Below, piece by piece: positions 38,047 to 48,192 of a stretch of 64,000 bases of DNA. Every line of letters starts with the position of its first letter. The stretch's first letter is position 1. The DNA comes from an uncultured delta proteobacterium (lineage in GTDB: Bacteria > Desulfobacterota > RBG-13-43-22): assembly GCA_963746605.1 (NCBI GenBank), contig CAVVCH010000061.1, forward strand, positions 134,441-198,440. The letters are read 5' to 3'. The notes below the pieces were generated by a model. That model was not told where the DNA came from, did not search any database, and saw nothing but the letters and a program-made list of their open reading frames with translations. The translations under genes and the position numbers were made by a program.

Positions 38047-38448
38047 ATGAAAAAAGGTGTCAATTCAAATTCAGCCTCAAAAACGGGTGGCTTTACGCTG
38101 TTGGAAACGGTGATCGCCTTGGGCCTTTTTAGCCTGGTCCTTTTATTTTCCACCCACACCTTGGTAACCATCATCAAGACCAACGCCTTCAGCCAAAATC
38201 GAACCGGTGCCTTGGCCCTGGCCCAGGGGAAGCTGGAGTCTCTGAAGTCGCAGCCGGGGTTGGTCCTCACAGGGGAAACGGAGGCGCAGGTTACCAATGG
38301 AAACCTGCCGGTGGTTTACCGCCGAGAAACCTCCATTTCTCCGGGGACGCCAGTGGGCTGTGCCTTGGTGACCGTGAAAGTCACCTGGCCCTCGGAAACG
38401 GCCTCCAAACCGCACCAGGTGGAACTGGCCACCCTGATTGCCGAGTAA
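38047..38448 (+). CDS. prepilin-type N-terminal cleavage/methylation domain protein (type IV pilin or pseudopilin-like)
   Basis: Class-III signal G|FTLLETVIALGLFSL followed by a hydrophobic helix. 133 aa. Confidence 0.65.
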   Translation: MKKGVNSNSASKTGGFTLLETVIALGLFSLVLLFSTHTLVTIIKTNAFSQNRTGALALAQGKLESLKSQPGLVLTGETEAQVTNGNLPVVYRRETSISPGTPVGCALVTVKVTWPSETASKPHQVELATLIAE

Positions 38449-38492
38449 GAAAGGCGGCCGCCCCTATCAAACACCAGTTGCTTGGCGCGCGA

Positions 38493-40288
38493 TGGAGTCG
38501 GAGGGAGCACCTGAAAAAGACGAACGTCGAACATCGAACGTTCAACATCGAACATCGAATTTTCGAAAGCATTTGACACCGCGAGGAGATTTCTGGAGAA
38601 TACCGTTTACTGGGGAGGGCATTCTATTGAGAGAGAAAAAAACAAAGCCGCGTTCTTCCAAGTCCGCCATAAAACCAAAAGGGAACGGGGAATCCACCGT
38701 GGTTCTCCGGAAAGGTGCGCCCAGCCATCAGGGAGTCCTTCGCCAACTCCAGGCAGCCGAGGAAAAACTGCGAAGGACCGAGCACCGCTACCAGACACTG
38801 ATCGAGAGTATACCGGATATCATTTACACGCTCGATTTGGACGGGTCCCTGAGCTATATCAGCCCCCGCTGGGAAACAATCCTCGGTCACAACGAATCCG
38901 AAGTGTTAGGCAGATTTTTTATTGAATTTGCCCCGCCGGAAGATCACCCTTTTTTAGTTCGAGTATTTAAGGACGTCCGGAACCATAAAAAAAATGTGGA
39001 GAACGTCCATTGGCATTATTTAAGGAAGGATGGAGCTCGTCGGTTTTTCTTAGGCAGTGCGGCCCCGCTCTATGATGAAGAAGGCCGGGTGACCGGTATG
39101 ATCGGCATGGCCCGGGATGTGACCGACCACAAACGGCTGGAGGAACAGCTCCTGCAATCGCAAAAAATGGAATCCATCGGCAACCTGGCCGGAGGGATTG
39201 CCCATGATTTCAACAACCTCCTGGGGGGTATTTTAGGCTATGCGACCTTTGTGAAGAGAAAACTTTCGACCCGGGACAAAATCTATCAGTCGATCGAGGC
39301 GATTGAGCGATCGGCCCAAAGAGCGGCGGAATTAACCAAGCAGTTGTTGGGGTTCGCCCGGCGGGGGAAATTCCAGGTCAGGCCCATCGACTGTAACGCC
39401 TTGATCGGGGAGATCGTGCTCATCCTTCAGCGAACCATTGATCCCCGGATTGCCATTGAGGTGGACCCTGACCCGCGACTATCCCTTATTGAGGGCGACG
39501 AAGCCCAAGTCCAGCAGGCCCTGATGAATATTTGTCTAAATGCCCGAGATGCCATGCCCCAAGGGGGGACTTTAAAGATTGCCAGCCGAAATCAGCGGAT
39601 GGTTCCGGATCAGGCTTCCCGCCAACGGGGAATGAAGGAAGGAAATTATATCCGTCTGACCCTGGCGGATACCGGCACCGGCATGAGCCCAGAGGTTCGG
39701 GACCGGATTTTTGAGCCCTTTTTCACCACCAAGGCCAAAGGCCAGGGTACCGGACTGGGCCTGTCCATGGTCTACGGAATCATTCAGAACCATGGGGGGA
39801 TGATCGAAATGCAAAGTCACGCCGGGAGAGGCAGTACCTTTTCGGTATTCCTTCCGGCCATAGACTCCGCCGCTCTGAACGGCGAAGAGCTGCCCCCGGT
39901 CCTGGATATCCATCAGGGGCAGGAAACTATTCTCTTAGTCGATGATGAGGAAATTATCCGCGGGTTGGGCGTCGATATTTTGGAAGACCGCGGGTATCGG
40001 GTCTTTTCGGCCTCTGAGGGAAGGGAGGCCATCAGGATTTACCGGGAACGTATTCGCGAAATCGATTTGGTCATTCTCGACGTGATGATGCCCGGCATTG
40101 GGGGAAAGGAAACCTATCGGCAGTTAAGGGCGATAAACCCGCAGGTTAAAGTGCTGCTTTCTTCCGGCTACAGTACCAATGGTGAAGTGGGCGAAATCCT
40201 TAAACAGGGTGTGTCCGGTTTCGTTCAAAAGCCCTATCGAGAAGAGGAACTGGCCGCCAAGGTGCGGGAAGTATTAGACATTCTATAA
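38493..40288 (+). CDS. hybrid sensor histidine kinase (PAS + HisKA + HATPase_c + C-terminal receiver domain); start uncertain (ATG 38493, TTG 38627 or GTG 38698)
   Basis: PAS domain [19 protein letters not shown]-box [11 protein letters not shown] boxes ...[11 protein letters not shown]...DTGTGM...[11 protein letters not shown], and a receiver ILLVDDEE...[11 protein letters not shown]...K. Confidence 0.75.
38497..38578 (+). repeat. cluster of short palindromic/direct repeats (CGAACGTCGAACATCGAACGTTCAACATCGAACATCGAATTTTCGAAA) upstream of or at the 5' end of the histidine kinase
   Basis: TCGAACA repeated four times, with GAACGTTC and TTCGAA palindromes embedded. Confidence 0.4.
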
Positions 40289-40343
40289 ATTCCTTGATTA
40301 TCCTCCGGTATTGCGTTACATATTTTTGATGTTAATCGAAGCC

Positions 40344-41051
40344 ATGACCATGACGGAGTTTGACCAGCGGCTCCGCACGAACCGGACGGTCTTGATCCCG
40401 GTGGGTTCCGTGGAAGAACACGGCGATCATCTGCCCCTGGGCACAGATACAATTCACGCCTTTGAGGTCTGCCGCCTGGCCGGCGAACGAACCGGGGCTT
40501 TTGTCGCTCCGTCCGTCTTTTACGGGGTTTGTCGCAGCACCAGCCAGCATCCCGGAACCCTGACGATCTCCGGAAATACCTTGCGGGCCTTGATTGAGGA
40601 TATCGGATCGGCCCTCTACCGGCAGGGGCTGCGCAATATGATCATCCTTTCAGGCCATGCCGGGGGGACCCACACCGCGGCTTTGGTCGAAGCGGGGGAA
40701 GCTCTGTTGGAAAAGCTTCCAGAGGCCCGAATCGCTGCCTTGAACATCTTGGATTTGGGGGCGGCGGTTTGGGAGCCGATCGTTGAAACCAAAGGGGACG
40801 CCCACGCCGGGGAGCTGGAGACATCGGTCATGATGGCTTTAAGGCCGGACTGGGTCAAGGGAAGCAGTCCGGAAGAGTATCCCCGTTTTCCAAAGGCCGT
40901 TCTGGTCCGGAATAAAAGAAAATTCTGGCCGGGAGGGGTTTGGGGTGATCCGGCCAAGGCCTCGTTGGAAAAAGGTGCGGCCCTTCTGGAAGCGACCACC
41001 GGGGCTCTGGTGCAATTGATCAATGTCCTGGAGAGCGGAGAGAGTCTATAG
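40344..41051 (+). CDS. creatininase-family protein (creatinine amidohydrolase/ArfB/MftE-like)
   Basis: VLIPVGSVEEHGDHLPLGTDT...ILSGHAGG...ELETS metal-ligand pattern of PF02633. Confidence 0.65.
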   Translation: MTMTEFDQRLRTNRTVLIPVGSVEEHGDHLPLGTDTIHAFEVCRLAGERTGAFVAPSVFYGVCRSTSQHPGTLTISGNTLRALIEDIGSALYRQGLRNMIILSGHAGGTHTAALVEAGEALLEKLPEARIAALNILDLGAAVWEPIVETKGDAHAGELETSVMMALRPDWVKGSSPEEYPRFPKAVLVRNKRKFWPGGVWGDPAKASLEKGAALLEATTGALVQLINVLESGESL

Positions 41052-41054
41052 CTT

Positions 41055-41564
41055 ATGAAATCAAATAAAAAAAAATTATTCCTGGTCCCTTTTATTCTTT
41101 TGATCCTTTGGTGGGCCCTACCCTGGGAACAAGCGCCCTTAGGGGCTCAAGGGGTGAGGGTGGCGCCTGATTTCATCCTCAAGGATCTCAGTCAAAAGAA
41201 AGTGAAATTATCCGACTATAAGGGCAAAGTGGTTATTTTGAATTTTTTTGCCACCTGGTGCCCCCCCTGCCGGGCGGAAATTCCCGATCTGATTAAATTA
41301 TATCGTCTGAATAAAGAGAAGGGGTTGGTGGTCCTGGGGGTCTCCCTGGATATGGACGTGTCTCCCCAGGGCCTGGTGACCTTCGTAAAGAACATGAAAA
41401 TCTCCTACCCGATCTTGATGGGAACCGCGGACCTGGCGGAAAAGTACCAAGTCAACGGGGTGCCGACCACTATCCTGATCAACCGGGAGGGGAAAGTGCA
41501 CACTCGCTATGACGGTCTGGTGTCCGCCAGTCGTTTTGAAAAAGATTTTGGTAGTTTGCTGTAA
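41055..41564 (+). CDS. TlpA-like periplasmic thiol:disulfide oxidoreductase (thioredoxin fold)
   Basis: Signal peptide/TM, FFATWCPPCRAEIP active site, ...VLGVSLD...YQVNGVPTTILIN. Confidence 0.8.
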   Translation: MKSNKKKLFLVPFILLILWWALPWEQAPLGAQGVRVAPDFILKDLSQKKVKLSDYKGKVVILNFFATWCPPCRAEIPDLIKLYRLNKEKGLVVLGVSLDMDVSPQGLVTFVKNMKISYPILMGTADLAEKYQVNGVPTTILINREGKVHTRYDGLVSASRFEKDFGSLL

Positions 41565-41609
41565 TCTTGATTTTATGTAATCAGGAACCCGCCAAAGGTA
41601 CGCCGTTCT

Positions 41610-42068
41610 TCAAAGCAGCCTTTCCCGTCGGAGGATTTGTTCCACCTTTTTCTTAACATCAAAGGGCCGCTCCAACCCAAACCACCAAAGATCCGCTGAT
41701 CCGGCAGTCGCGGGCTGGAATTGCAGATGGCCTATCCCGATCAAACGATGTACCACGCCCCGACGGACGACAACGGAACCAATTTCATCCAGAGGCATCT
41801 TTTTCACCTGAAGAAGACCCCCCCGCCCAAATTCCCGGCTAAAAATGCCGGAGGCGTATTTATAGGAAGAGTATTTTCTAATCAGGACTATAAAGGCGAC
41901 CAAAACGGCGGCGATGAGCAACCCGGCCTCCGGGCTGAAGGGGGCTTCCGGGTTTATGACCGGCCCGACACCGAAGATAAGAATGGCCGCGTAGAAAATG
42001 AAATAGCTTTTCCATGACGGCTTCAGACATAATTCTTCCCGGGAGGGATTGGCGGATGCTGGTTTCAT
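41610..42068 (-). CDS. membrane protein with a bacterial PH (YdbS/DUF304-like) domain
   Basis: Two N-terminal TM helices followed by a ~80-aa segment (YKYASGIFSREFGRGGLLQVKKMPLDEIGSVVVRRGV). Confidence 0.45.
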   Translation of the reverse strand: MKPASANPSREELCLKPSWKSYFIFYAAILIFGVGPVINPEAPFSPEAGLLIAAVLVAFIVLIRKYSSYKYASGIFSREFGRGGLLQVKKMPLDEIGSVVVRRGVVHRLIGIGHLQFQPATAGSADLWWFGLERPFDVKKKVEQILRRERLL

Positions 42069-42310
42069 GGCGGGCAGTGCTCCTTTACTGAAAACATTAT
42101 CAAAACGGAGCCTTGGCGCAATAAGGCTTCTGTCGTAGTCCTTCGGGAGGCCGGCTCCAGTGTACCGTACTTACTCAGATCTAGGGCATATAAACATAAC
42201 CCTCGGAATTAAGCAATTTGAAAATGCCCGGGAGCAATGCCAGTGCAGGGGCGCTCCGAGTGCTAATGCCGGATCTTCGCCTAGGCGCTTGAACTTTTTT
42301 TATTTTTTTA

Positions 42311-42339
42311 TTGATTTTTTAAAAATATATTATTATAAT
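42311..42339 (+). promoter_or_regulatory. near-consensus sigma70 promoter (TTGATT, 17 nt, TATAAT) for the tRNA-tuf operon, in an AT-rich UP-like region
   Basis: TTGATT 42311-42316 and TATAAT 42334-42339, about 70 nt upstream of the first tRNA. Confidence 0.5.
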
Positions 42340-42410
42340 TTATGTTTTACATGCCCCGGAATAACAGGGGAGATGAACAAATTGTTTGTAAATAGAAGGG
42401 GTTAAAAAAA

Positions 42411-42486
42411 GCCAGCGTAGCTCAGCAGGTAGAGCGACTGATTTGTAATCAGTTGGTCGGGGGTTCGAATCCCTTCGCTGGCTCCA
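42411..42486 (+). tRNA. tRNA-Thr (anticodon TGT)
   Basis: Cloverleaf: acceptor GCCAGCG/CGCTGGC, anticodon loop TTTGTAA, TPsiC GGTTCGAATCC, CCA end. Confidence 0.85.
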
Positions 42487-42557
42487 GGTAACGGGGCGGC
42501 AGTAGAGATTTCCTGCTGGCAATTACCGCGCTTTGTTAGTGTAAGTCCCTAATTTTA

Positions 42558-42642
42558 GGAGGGGTTCCCGAGCGGCCAAAGGGAACAGACTGTAAATCTG
42601 TCGGCCATGCCTTCGGAGGTTCGAATCCTCCCCCCTCCACCA
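42558..42642 (+). tRNA. tRNA-Tyr (anticodon GTA), long variable arm
   Basis: Acceptor GGAGGGG/CCCCTCC, anticodon loop CTGTAAA, extra arm, GGTTCGAATCC, CCA. Confidence 0.85.
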
Positions 42643-42773
42643 TCCTGTTAGAATATGGTTTCCATTGGCGGATTGTCCCGGCCAATGAAAGATGTAGGAG
42701 ATTAGGTTCGTTTTACCAAATTGGTTTGACTACAGCCATAAAATCCAGTTCTACGAATTTTTTCCAAAATGAC

Positions 42774-42850
42774 GCGGGAGTAGCTCAGTTGGCTAGAGCG
42801 TCAGCCTTCCAAGCTGAGGGTCGCGGGTTCGAATCCCGTTTCCCGCTCCA
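42774..42850 (+). tRNA. tRNA-Gly (anticodon TCC)
   Basis: Anticodon stem TCAGC/GCTGA with loop CTTCCAA, GGTTCGAATCC, CCA. Confidence 0.85.
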
Positions 42851-42914
42851 TTAATCAGCGCCGCCGGCCTGGATTTTTCCGGGCGGCCTTAGGCGAATCA
42901 AATATAAGGAAAAA

Positions 42915-42990
<76 letters not shown>

Positions 42991-43056
42991 TAAGGTATGA
43001 ATCTTTCAACTCTTGATCAATTTAACTAACGTAACATCCAGATTGAAAATTTAACG

Positions 43057-44272
43057 AAGGGGGACGAGACTGATGGGCAAGAAGAAATTTGAACGGACGA
43101 AGCCACATGTGAATGTGGGGACGATCGGGCATATTGATCATGGGAAGACGACCTTGACGGCGGCGATCACGCTCTGTTTATCGAAGAGCGGATTTGCGAA
43201 TTTCATACCCTTTGACGAGATCGACAAGGCGCCGGAAGAGAAGGAGCGGGGGATCACGATCGCGACGGCCCACGTGGAATACGAGACCAAGAAGCGGCAT
43301 TATGCGCACGTGGACTGTCCGGGGCACGCGGACTATATCAAGAACATGATCACCGGAGCGGCTCAGATGGACGGAGCGATTCTGGTGGTTGGAGCGGATG
43401 ACGGGCCGATGCCGCAGACGCGGGAGCATATATTGCTGGGACGTCAGGTCGGAGTGCCGTATATAGTAGTTTTTTTAAACAAGGTGGACATGGTCGACGA
43501 TCCGGAGCTGATCGAGCTGGTGGAACTGGAGCTGCGGGAGCTGTTGAGCAAGTATGAGTATCCCGGGGACGATATACCGATCATCAAGGGATCGGCGCTG
43601 AAGGCCTTGGAGTGCGGCTGCGGGAAAGGGGACTGTCCTGCCTGCCAGCCGATATTGGAGCTGATGGACGCGATCGACAACTATGTACCGGAGCCGGTGC
43701 GGGATATAGAGAAGCCGTTTTTGATGCCGGTGGAGGACGTCTTCAGTATTTCGGGCCGGGGGACGGTCGTCACGGGCCGGGTGGAACGGGGGATGATCAA
43801 GGTTGGTGAGGAAGTGGAGATCGTGGGGATTCGCCCGACGATCAAGACGATCTGCACCGGGGTGGAGATGTTCCGGAAGACCCTGGACCAGGGCCAGGCG
43901 GGAGACAACGTGGGGTTGCTGCTGCGGGGGACCAAGCGGGACGATGTGGAGCGGGGCCAGGTCGTGGCCAAGACGGGATCGATCACGCCGCACACCAAGT
44001 TCAAGGCGGAATCGTATATTCTGTCGAAAGAGGAAGGCGGGCGGCACACGCCGTTTTTCAACGGCTATCGGCCGCAGTTTTATTTTCGGACGACGGACGT
44101 GACCGGGGTGGTGACCTTGCCGGAAGGGGTGGAGATGGTGATGCCGGGCGACAACGTGTCGATGACGGTGTCCTTGATCATGCCCATCGCCATGGAGAAG
44201 GAACTGCGGTTTGCCATTCGGGAGGGGGGCCGGACCGTAGGCGCCGGCGTGATCTCCGAAATCTTGGAATAA
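43057..44272 (+). repeat. ~1.2-kb near-identical direct repeat (tuf copy 1); partner at 59708..60923
   Basis: Identity begins 16 nt upstream of the ATG (AAGGGGGACGAGACTG) and ends at the stop codon. At least three synonymous substitutions. Confidence 0.9.
43073..44272 (+). CDS. tuf: elongation factor Tu (copy 1, tufB-like position after the tRNA operon)
   Basis: [28 protein letters not shown]-domain motifs. 399 aa. Confidence 0.97.
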   Translation: MGKKKFERTKPHVNVGTIGHIDHGKTTLTAAITLCLSKSGFANFIPFDEIDKAPEEKERGITIATAHVEYETKKRHYAHVDCPGHADYIKNMITGAAQMDGAILVVGADDGPMPQTREHILLGRQVGVPYIVVFLNKVDMVDDPELIELVELELRELLSKYEYPGDDIPIIKGSALKALECGCGKGDCPACQPILELMDAIDNYVPEPVRDIEKPFLMPVEDVFSISGRGTVVTGRVERGMIKVGEEVEIVGIRPTIKTICTGVEMFRKTLDQGQAGDNVGLLLRGTKRDDVERGQVVAKTGSITPHTKFKAESYILSKEEGGRHTPFFNGYRPQFYFRTTDVTGVVTLPEGVEMVMPGDNVSMTVSLIMPIAMEKELRFAIREGGRTVGAGVISEILE

Positions 44273-44320
44273 CAGCCAGGACGAGAAGGAAACCTCGCCT
44301 GTCGGGATCAGGGAACGAAT

Positions 44321-44470
44321 ATGCGCGATATTATCAATTTGTCTTGTACGACCTGTAAACAGAAAAATTATACCACCACCAAAAACAAGCGGAAGACCCC
44401 GGATAAACTGGAATTTAAGAAATATTGCCGCTTCTGTCAGACCCACACGGTCCACAAGGAAACCAAATAG
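44321..44470 (+). CDS. rpmG: 50S ribosomal protein L33
   Basis: [49 protein letters not shown], 49 aa, classic L33. Confidence 0.85.
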   Translation: MRDIINLSCTTCKQKNYTTTKNKRKTPDKLEFKKYCRFCQTHTVHKETK

Positions 44471-44502
44471 CGGAACGTCGTTATTCGCCGGAGTTAATCC
44501 GC

Positions 44503-44579
44503 AGGCCAGTAGCTCCAACGGTTAGAGCACCGGACTCCAAATCCGGGTGTTGGGGGTTCGAATCCCTCCTGGCCTGCCA
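44503..44579 (+). tRNA. tRNA-Trp (anticodon CCA)
   Basis: Anticodon stem CCGGA/TCCGG with loop CTCCAAA, GGTTCGAATCC, CCA end. Usual position before secE. Confidence 0.85.
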
Positions 44580-44612
44580 AATTCATTCAAAGGGACTGGG
44601 AACCCGGGGGAG

Positions 44613-44987
44613 ATGAAGAAACTTAAACCGAAAAAAAAGGGTGGGGCGGGCGACATTGAAAAGACGGTCGAGGAAAAGCCATCCAAAGACCCCCAATCCG
44701 CTTTGGCTCCTAAGGAAACCAAAACCAGCCTAAAAAAAACGTCCTCGGACGAAGGCGTTTCCGAGGGACTGGTTGCCGAGTGGACAAAAAAACTGAAATT
44801 CGTGGGCCTGACCAAGACTTTTTTCAGGGAAGTTCGGATGGAACTGAAAAAGGTCACCTGGCCGACCCGCAAAGAGACCTTGGCCGCCACCGTCATGGTC
44901 ATTATTCTTTCGGTGGTTGTAGCCTTTTTTTTGGGGATCTTGGATGTGGCCTTAGCCAAATTGGTTGGTTCCATTATGGGTCGCTGA
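44613..44987 (+). CDS. secE: preprotein translocase subunit SecE (with a long Lys/Glu-rich N-terminal extension)
   Basis: C-terminal FFREVRMELKKVTWPTRKETLAATVMVIILSVVVAFFLGILD is the conserved SecE TM region. Position before nusG. Confidence 0.8.
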   Translation: MKKLKPKKKGGAGDIEKTVEEKPSKDPQSALAPKETKTSLKKTSSDEGVSEGLVAEWTKKLKFVGLTKTFFREVRMELKKVTWPTRKETLAATVMVIILSVVVAFFLGILDVALAKLVGSIMGR

Positions 44988-45059
44988 GCGGCTTCCTTCT
45001 GGGGAGCGGCGGCGGAAGGATTTATCGATTTACCCAAGAAGGGATAACGGGGTTGGGCC

Positions 45060-45590
45060 ATGGCGCATAAATGGTATATCGTACACACCTATTCGGGATT
45101 TGAGCACAAGGTCAAGCTGGCCTTGGATGAGCAGATAAAGTCCCAGGGCCTGGAAGGTCTTTTTTCGCAAGTCTTGGTCCCTACCGAACAAGTTGTGGAA
45201 CTGGTCAAAGGCGAAAGGAAGACATCCTCCCGCAAGTTTTATCCGGGATACGTGCTGATTAAGATGGAGTTGAATGACGATACCTGGCACCTGGTTAAAG
45301 ATACCCCCAAGGTGACCGGGTTTATCGGGGAAAAGAACAAGCCGGCGCCGATCCCGGACGAGGAAGCTGAGAAGGTCATCGAACAAATGGCCGAAGGGGC
45401 CATTCGTCCGAAGCCCAAATTTTACTTTGAGGAAGGGGATGAAGTTCAGGTGATCGACGGCCCTTTCTCCAACTTTAACGGGGTGGTGGATGAAGTCAAA
45501 CCGGAAAAGAGCAAGCTTAAAGTGCTGATTAGTATTTTTGGCCGCTCAACGCCGGTGGAATTGGATTTTGTCCAGGTGGCCAAGTCATAG
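45060..45590 (+). CDS. nusG: transcription termination/antitermination factor NusG
   Basis: WYIVHTYSGFEHKV (NGN domain) and C-terminal KOW (FEEGDEVQVIDGPFSNFNGVV). Confidence 0.9.
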   Translation: MAHKWYIVHTYSGFEHKVKLALDEQIKSQGLEGLFSQVLVPTEQVVELVKGERKTSSRKFYPGYVLIKMELNDDTWHLVKDTPKVTGFIGEKNKPAPIPDEEAEKVIEQMAEGAIRPKPKFYFEEGDEVQVIDGPFSNFNGVVDEVKPEKSKLKVLISIFGRSTPVELDFVQVAKS

Positions 45591-45735
45591 CCGGAGCCTG
45601 ATAAAGGCCCACGGGTTGATCGGCCGGCGACAAGTCATCAGCCGATTCCCGGAAAGTTTGGAAGGTCCCCTCGGCAATTCGAAGGATTGTTTTTCGAAGG
45701 GGAAAGGCTTTTAATGAAGAAGGAGAATCGTTGAG

Positions 45736-46158
45736 ATGGCTAAAAAAATCATTGCCTATATAAAACTGCAGGTGCCGGCGGGACAGGCCAATCCTTCACC
45801 CCCTATCGGACCGGCGCTCGGCCAGCACGGCGTCAATATCATGGAATTCTGCAAAGCCTTCAATGCCCGCACGCAGGGTCAGGAAGGGATGATCATCCCC
45901 GTGGTGCTGACCGTTTTTGCCGATCGTTCCTTCACGTTTATAACCAAGACTCCGCCGGCCTCGGTGCTTTTGAAGAAGGCGGCCCAGATTGCTAAAGGAT
46001 CCAGTGTGCCGAATCGGGATAAGGTGGGACGGGTTTCACCGTCCCAGGTGGAGGAGATCGCCAAGTTAAAAATGCCGGATTTAAATGCCGCCAGTTTAGA
46101 CGCTGCGATTAAGATCATCGAAGGCACGGCGCGCAGTATGGGCATTGACATCGGCTGA
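45736..46158 (+). CDS. rplK: 50S ribosomal protein L11
   Basis: [44 protein letters not shown]. Confidence 0.95.
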   Translation: MAKKIIAYIKLQVPAGQANPSPPIGPALGQHGVNIMEFCKAFNARTQGQEGMIIPVVLTVFADRSFTFITKTPPASVLLKKAAQIAKGSSVPNRDKVGRVSPSQVEEIAKLKMPDLNAASLDAAIKIIEGTARSMGIDIG

Positions 46159-46192
46159 GTTAACTATCAGGAAAAGAGGTAGGAAATAAGCT

Positions 46193-46897
46193 ATGCCAAA
46201 GAATGGGAAGAACTATAATCAGGCTCGTGAGCAAGTGGATCGAACCAAGCGGTATCCCTTGGAAGAAGGCGTTCAGTTGGCCGTTAAATCCTCCTATGTC
46301 AAATTTGACGAGACGGTGGATATGGCGGTCCGACTGGGGGTGGACCCCCGGCATGCCGATCAGATGGTTCGGGGGGCCGTTGTCCTCCCCAACGGTACGG
46401 GAAAGACCACCCGGGTGCTGGTGTTTGCCAAAGGGGAAAAGGAAAAGGAAGCTCTGGATTCAGGCGCCGATGTAGTGGGTTCGGAAGAATTGATTGAGAA
46501 GATCAAAGGCGGTTGGCTGGAATTCGATAAGGCCGTCGCCACCCCCGACCTGATGGGCCAAGTGGGCAAAATCGGAAAGATTTTAGGGCCTCGGGGGCTG
46601 ATGCCCAACGCCAAGACCGGCACCGTAACCTTTGACGTGGCCAAGGCCATTCGTGAGATCAAGGCCGGCAAGATCGAATTCCGCGTAGAAAAAAACGGCA
46701 TCGTCCATGCCCCGATGGGACGGGTTTCCTTCGGGCTGGATAAACTGATCCCCAATATCTTATCTTTTTTCGATACAATCCTGCGTCTTAAACCATCCAG
46801 CGCCAAAGGAACTTATCTTAAAAGCATAACTATTTCGACTACCATGGGTCCAGGGATCAAAATCGACCCTTCTTTTATCAAAGAAATCGGTAAATAG
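46193..46897 (+). CDS. rplA: 50S ribosomal protein L1
   Basis: ...[20 protein letters not shown]...GPRGLMPN... Confidence 0.95.
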   Translation: MPKNGKNYNQAREQVDRTKRYPLEEGVQLAVKSSYVKFDETVDMAVRLGVDPRHADQMVRGAVVLPNGTGKTTRVLVFAKGEKEKEALDSGADVVGSEELIEKIKGGWLEFDKAVATPDLMGQVGKIGKILGPRGLMPNAKTGTVTFDVAKAIREIKAGKIEFRVEKNGIVHAPMGRVSFGLDKLIPNILSFFDTILRLKPSSAKGTYLKSITISTTMGPGIKIDPSFIKEIGK

Positions 46898-47190
46898 ACA
46901 GCCAGGTCACCTTTTTGAGCCCCTCAAGGAATTTTTTCTGCGAGGCGCTGATGCAAAAAGGGACTCTCGGGCCTTCCCGGGAGGCCCGGCGAACCGATCG
47001 ATTTGTTCCGCGGATTATTAATGATCAACCAAAACCAACCGTTCCGCGAGTTAAAGACCGTAGGTGCCTGCCAGGCTTTAAATGATTTTTTTCAGCCTAC
47101 CGAGACTCGGAAATTTCCGACTGAACTCAGCTGTCGGCCCCACGGATTTGACCTCCGAAGAACGAATGGTAAGAAAGGAGGGATGCATTC
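46898..47190 (+). promoter_or_regulatory. rplJ-rplL leader region (probable L10(L12)4 autoregulatory leader)
   Basis: ~290-nt non-coding gap before rplJ, as conserved in bacteria. Structure not verified. Confidence 0.3.
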
Positions 47191-47712
47191 TTGAAAAAGA
47201 CGGATAAGGAAAAGATCGTGGCCGATCTTCACCAGCGTCTGGCCCGCTCTCAGGCCGTTTTTGTTACCGATTTTACAGGGTTGAATGTCGAATCGATCAA
47301 CAAGTTACGCCGGGATCTGAAACAGCGGGGAGACGAGTACCAGGTTGTGAAGAAGACCTTGCTGCGGCGGGCCTCTCAGGAGACTCCGGTGGCGGCGATC
47401 GAGGACATTCTGGTAGGTCCCTGCGGGATTACCATCAGTTATGGGGATCCGGTGGCTTCGGCCAAACTGCTGGCGGACTTCGCCAAGGACCGGGAGAAAT
47501 TTGCTTTTAAAGGCGGGATTCTCCAGGGAAGGTCGATTTCGGCAGAGGATGTGGGACAATTGGCCAAGATGCCGTCCCGGGAGATTCTCCTGGGGCAGTT
47601 GTTGTCCGCCTTGGTGGCCGTGCCGACCGGATTGGTTTCGACCCTGTCCGCTATCATTCAGAAATTTTTGTTAACCTTAAAAGCCGTGGAAGACCAAAAA
47701 GCCCAGGCTTAA
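47191..47712 (+). CDS. rplJ: 50S ribosomal protein L10 (TTG start)
   Basis: KEKIVADLHQRLARSQAVFVTDFTGLNVESINKLRRDL. Confidence 0.9.
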   Translation: MKKTDKEKIVADLHQRLARSQAVFVTDFTGLNVESINKLRRDLKQRGDEYQVVKKTLLRRASQETPVAAIEDILVGPCGITISYGDPVASAKLLADFAKDREKFAFKGGILQGRSISAEDVGQLAKMPSREILLGQLLSALVAVPTGLVSTLSAIIQKFLLTLKAVEDQKAQA

Positions 47713-47739
47713 GAATCATTATGAGGAGGAAACCTAACG

Positions 47740-48129
47740 ATGGCTGAGAAAATCACTAAAGAAGAGGTAATCGAGTTCATTTCCAATATGACCGTTTTGG
47801 AGCTTTCGGAATTGGTCAAGGAGTTAGAGGATAAATTCGGCGTTAAGGCCTCGGCCCCGGTTATGGCCATGGCGGGCCCGATGCCGGGGGCCGGAGAAGC
47901 GGCGGTTCAGGAAGAGCAAACCGAGTTCGCCGTTATCCTGACCGGCGTAGGAGACAAAAAGATTCAAGTGATCAAAGAAGTCCGGGCCATTACCAACTTA
48001 GGACTGAAGGAGGCCAAGGACGCCGTGGAAACCCTGCCCAGTACCATTAAAGAAGGCATCCCGAAAGAGGAAGCGGAAAATGTGAAAAAGCAGCTGGAAG
48101 GCGCTGGGGCTACGGTAGAGATTAAGTAG
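47740..48129 (+). CDS. rplL: 50S ribosomal protein L7/L12
   Basis: [35 protein letters not shown]...EIK C-terminus. Confidence 0.95.
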   Translation: MAEKITKEEVIEFISNMTVLELSELVKELEDKFGVKASAPVMAMAGPMPGAGEAAVQEEQTEFAVILTGVGDKKIQVIKEVRAITNLGLKEAKDAVETLPSTIKEGIPKEEAENVKKQLEGAGATVEIK

Positions 48130-48192
48130 TCCGGCGGCCGATGAGACAATCGGCCCCGCTGTAATGAAAGCTTGTCACGTAAAGGAGACGGG

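Noticed and set aside
38497-38578. CRISPR array
   Set aside because: The repeats are 7-8 nt, overlapping and irregularly spaced. There are no spacers of defined length and no cas genes.
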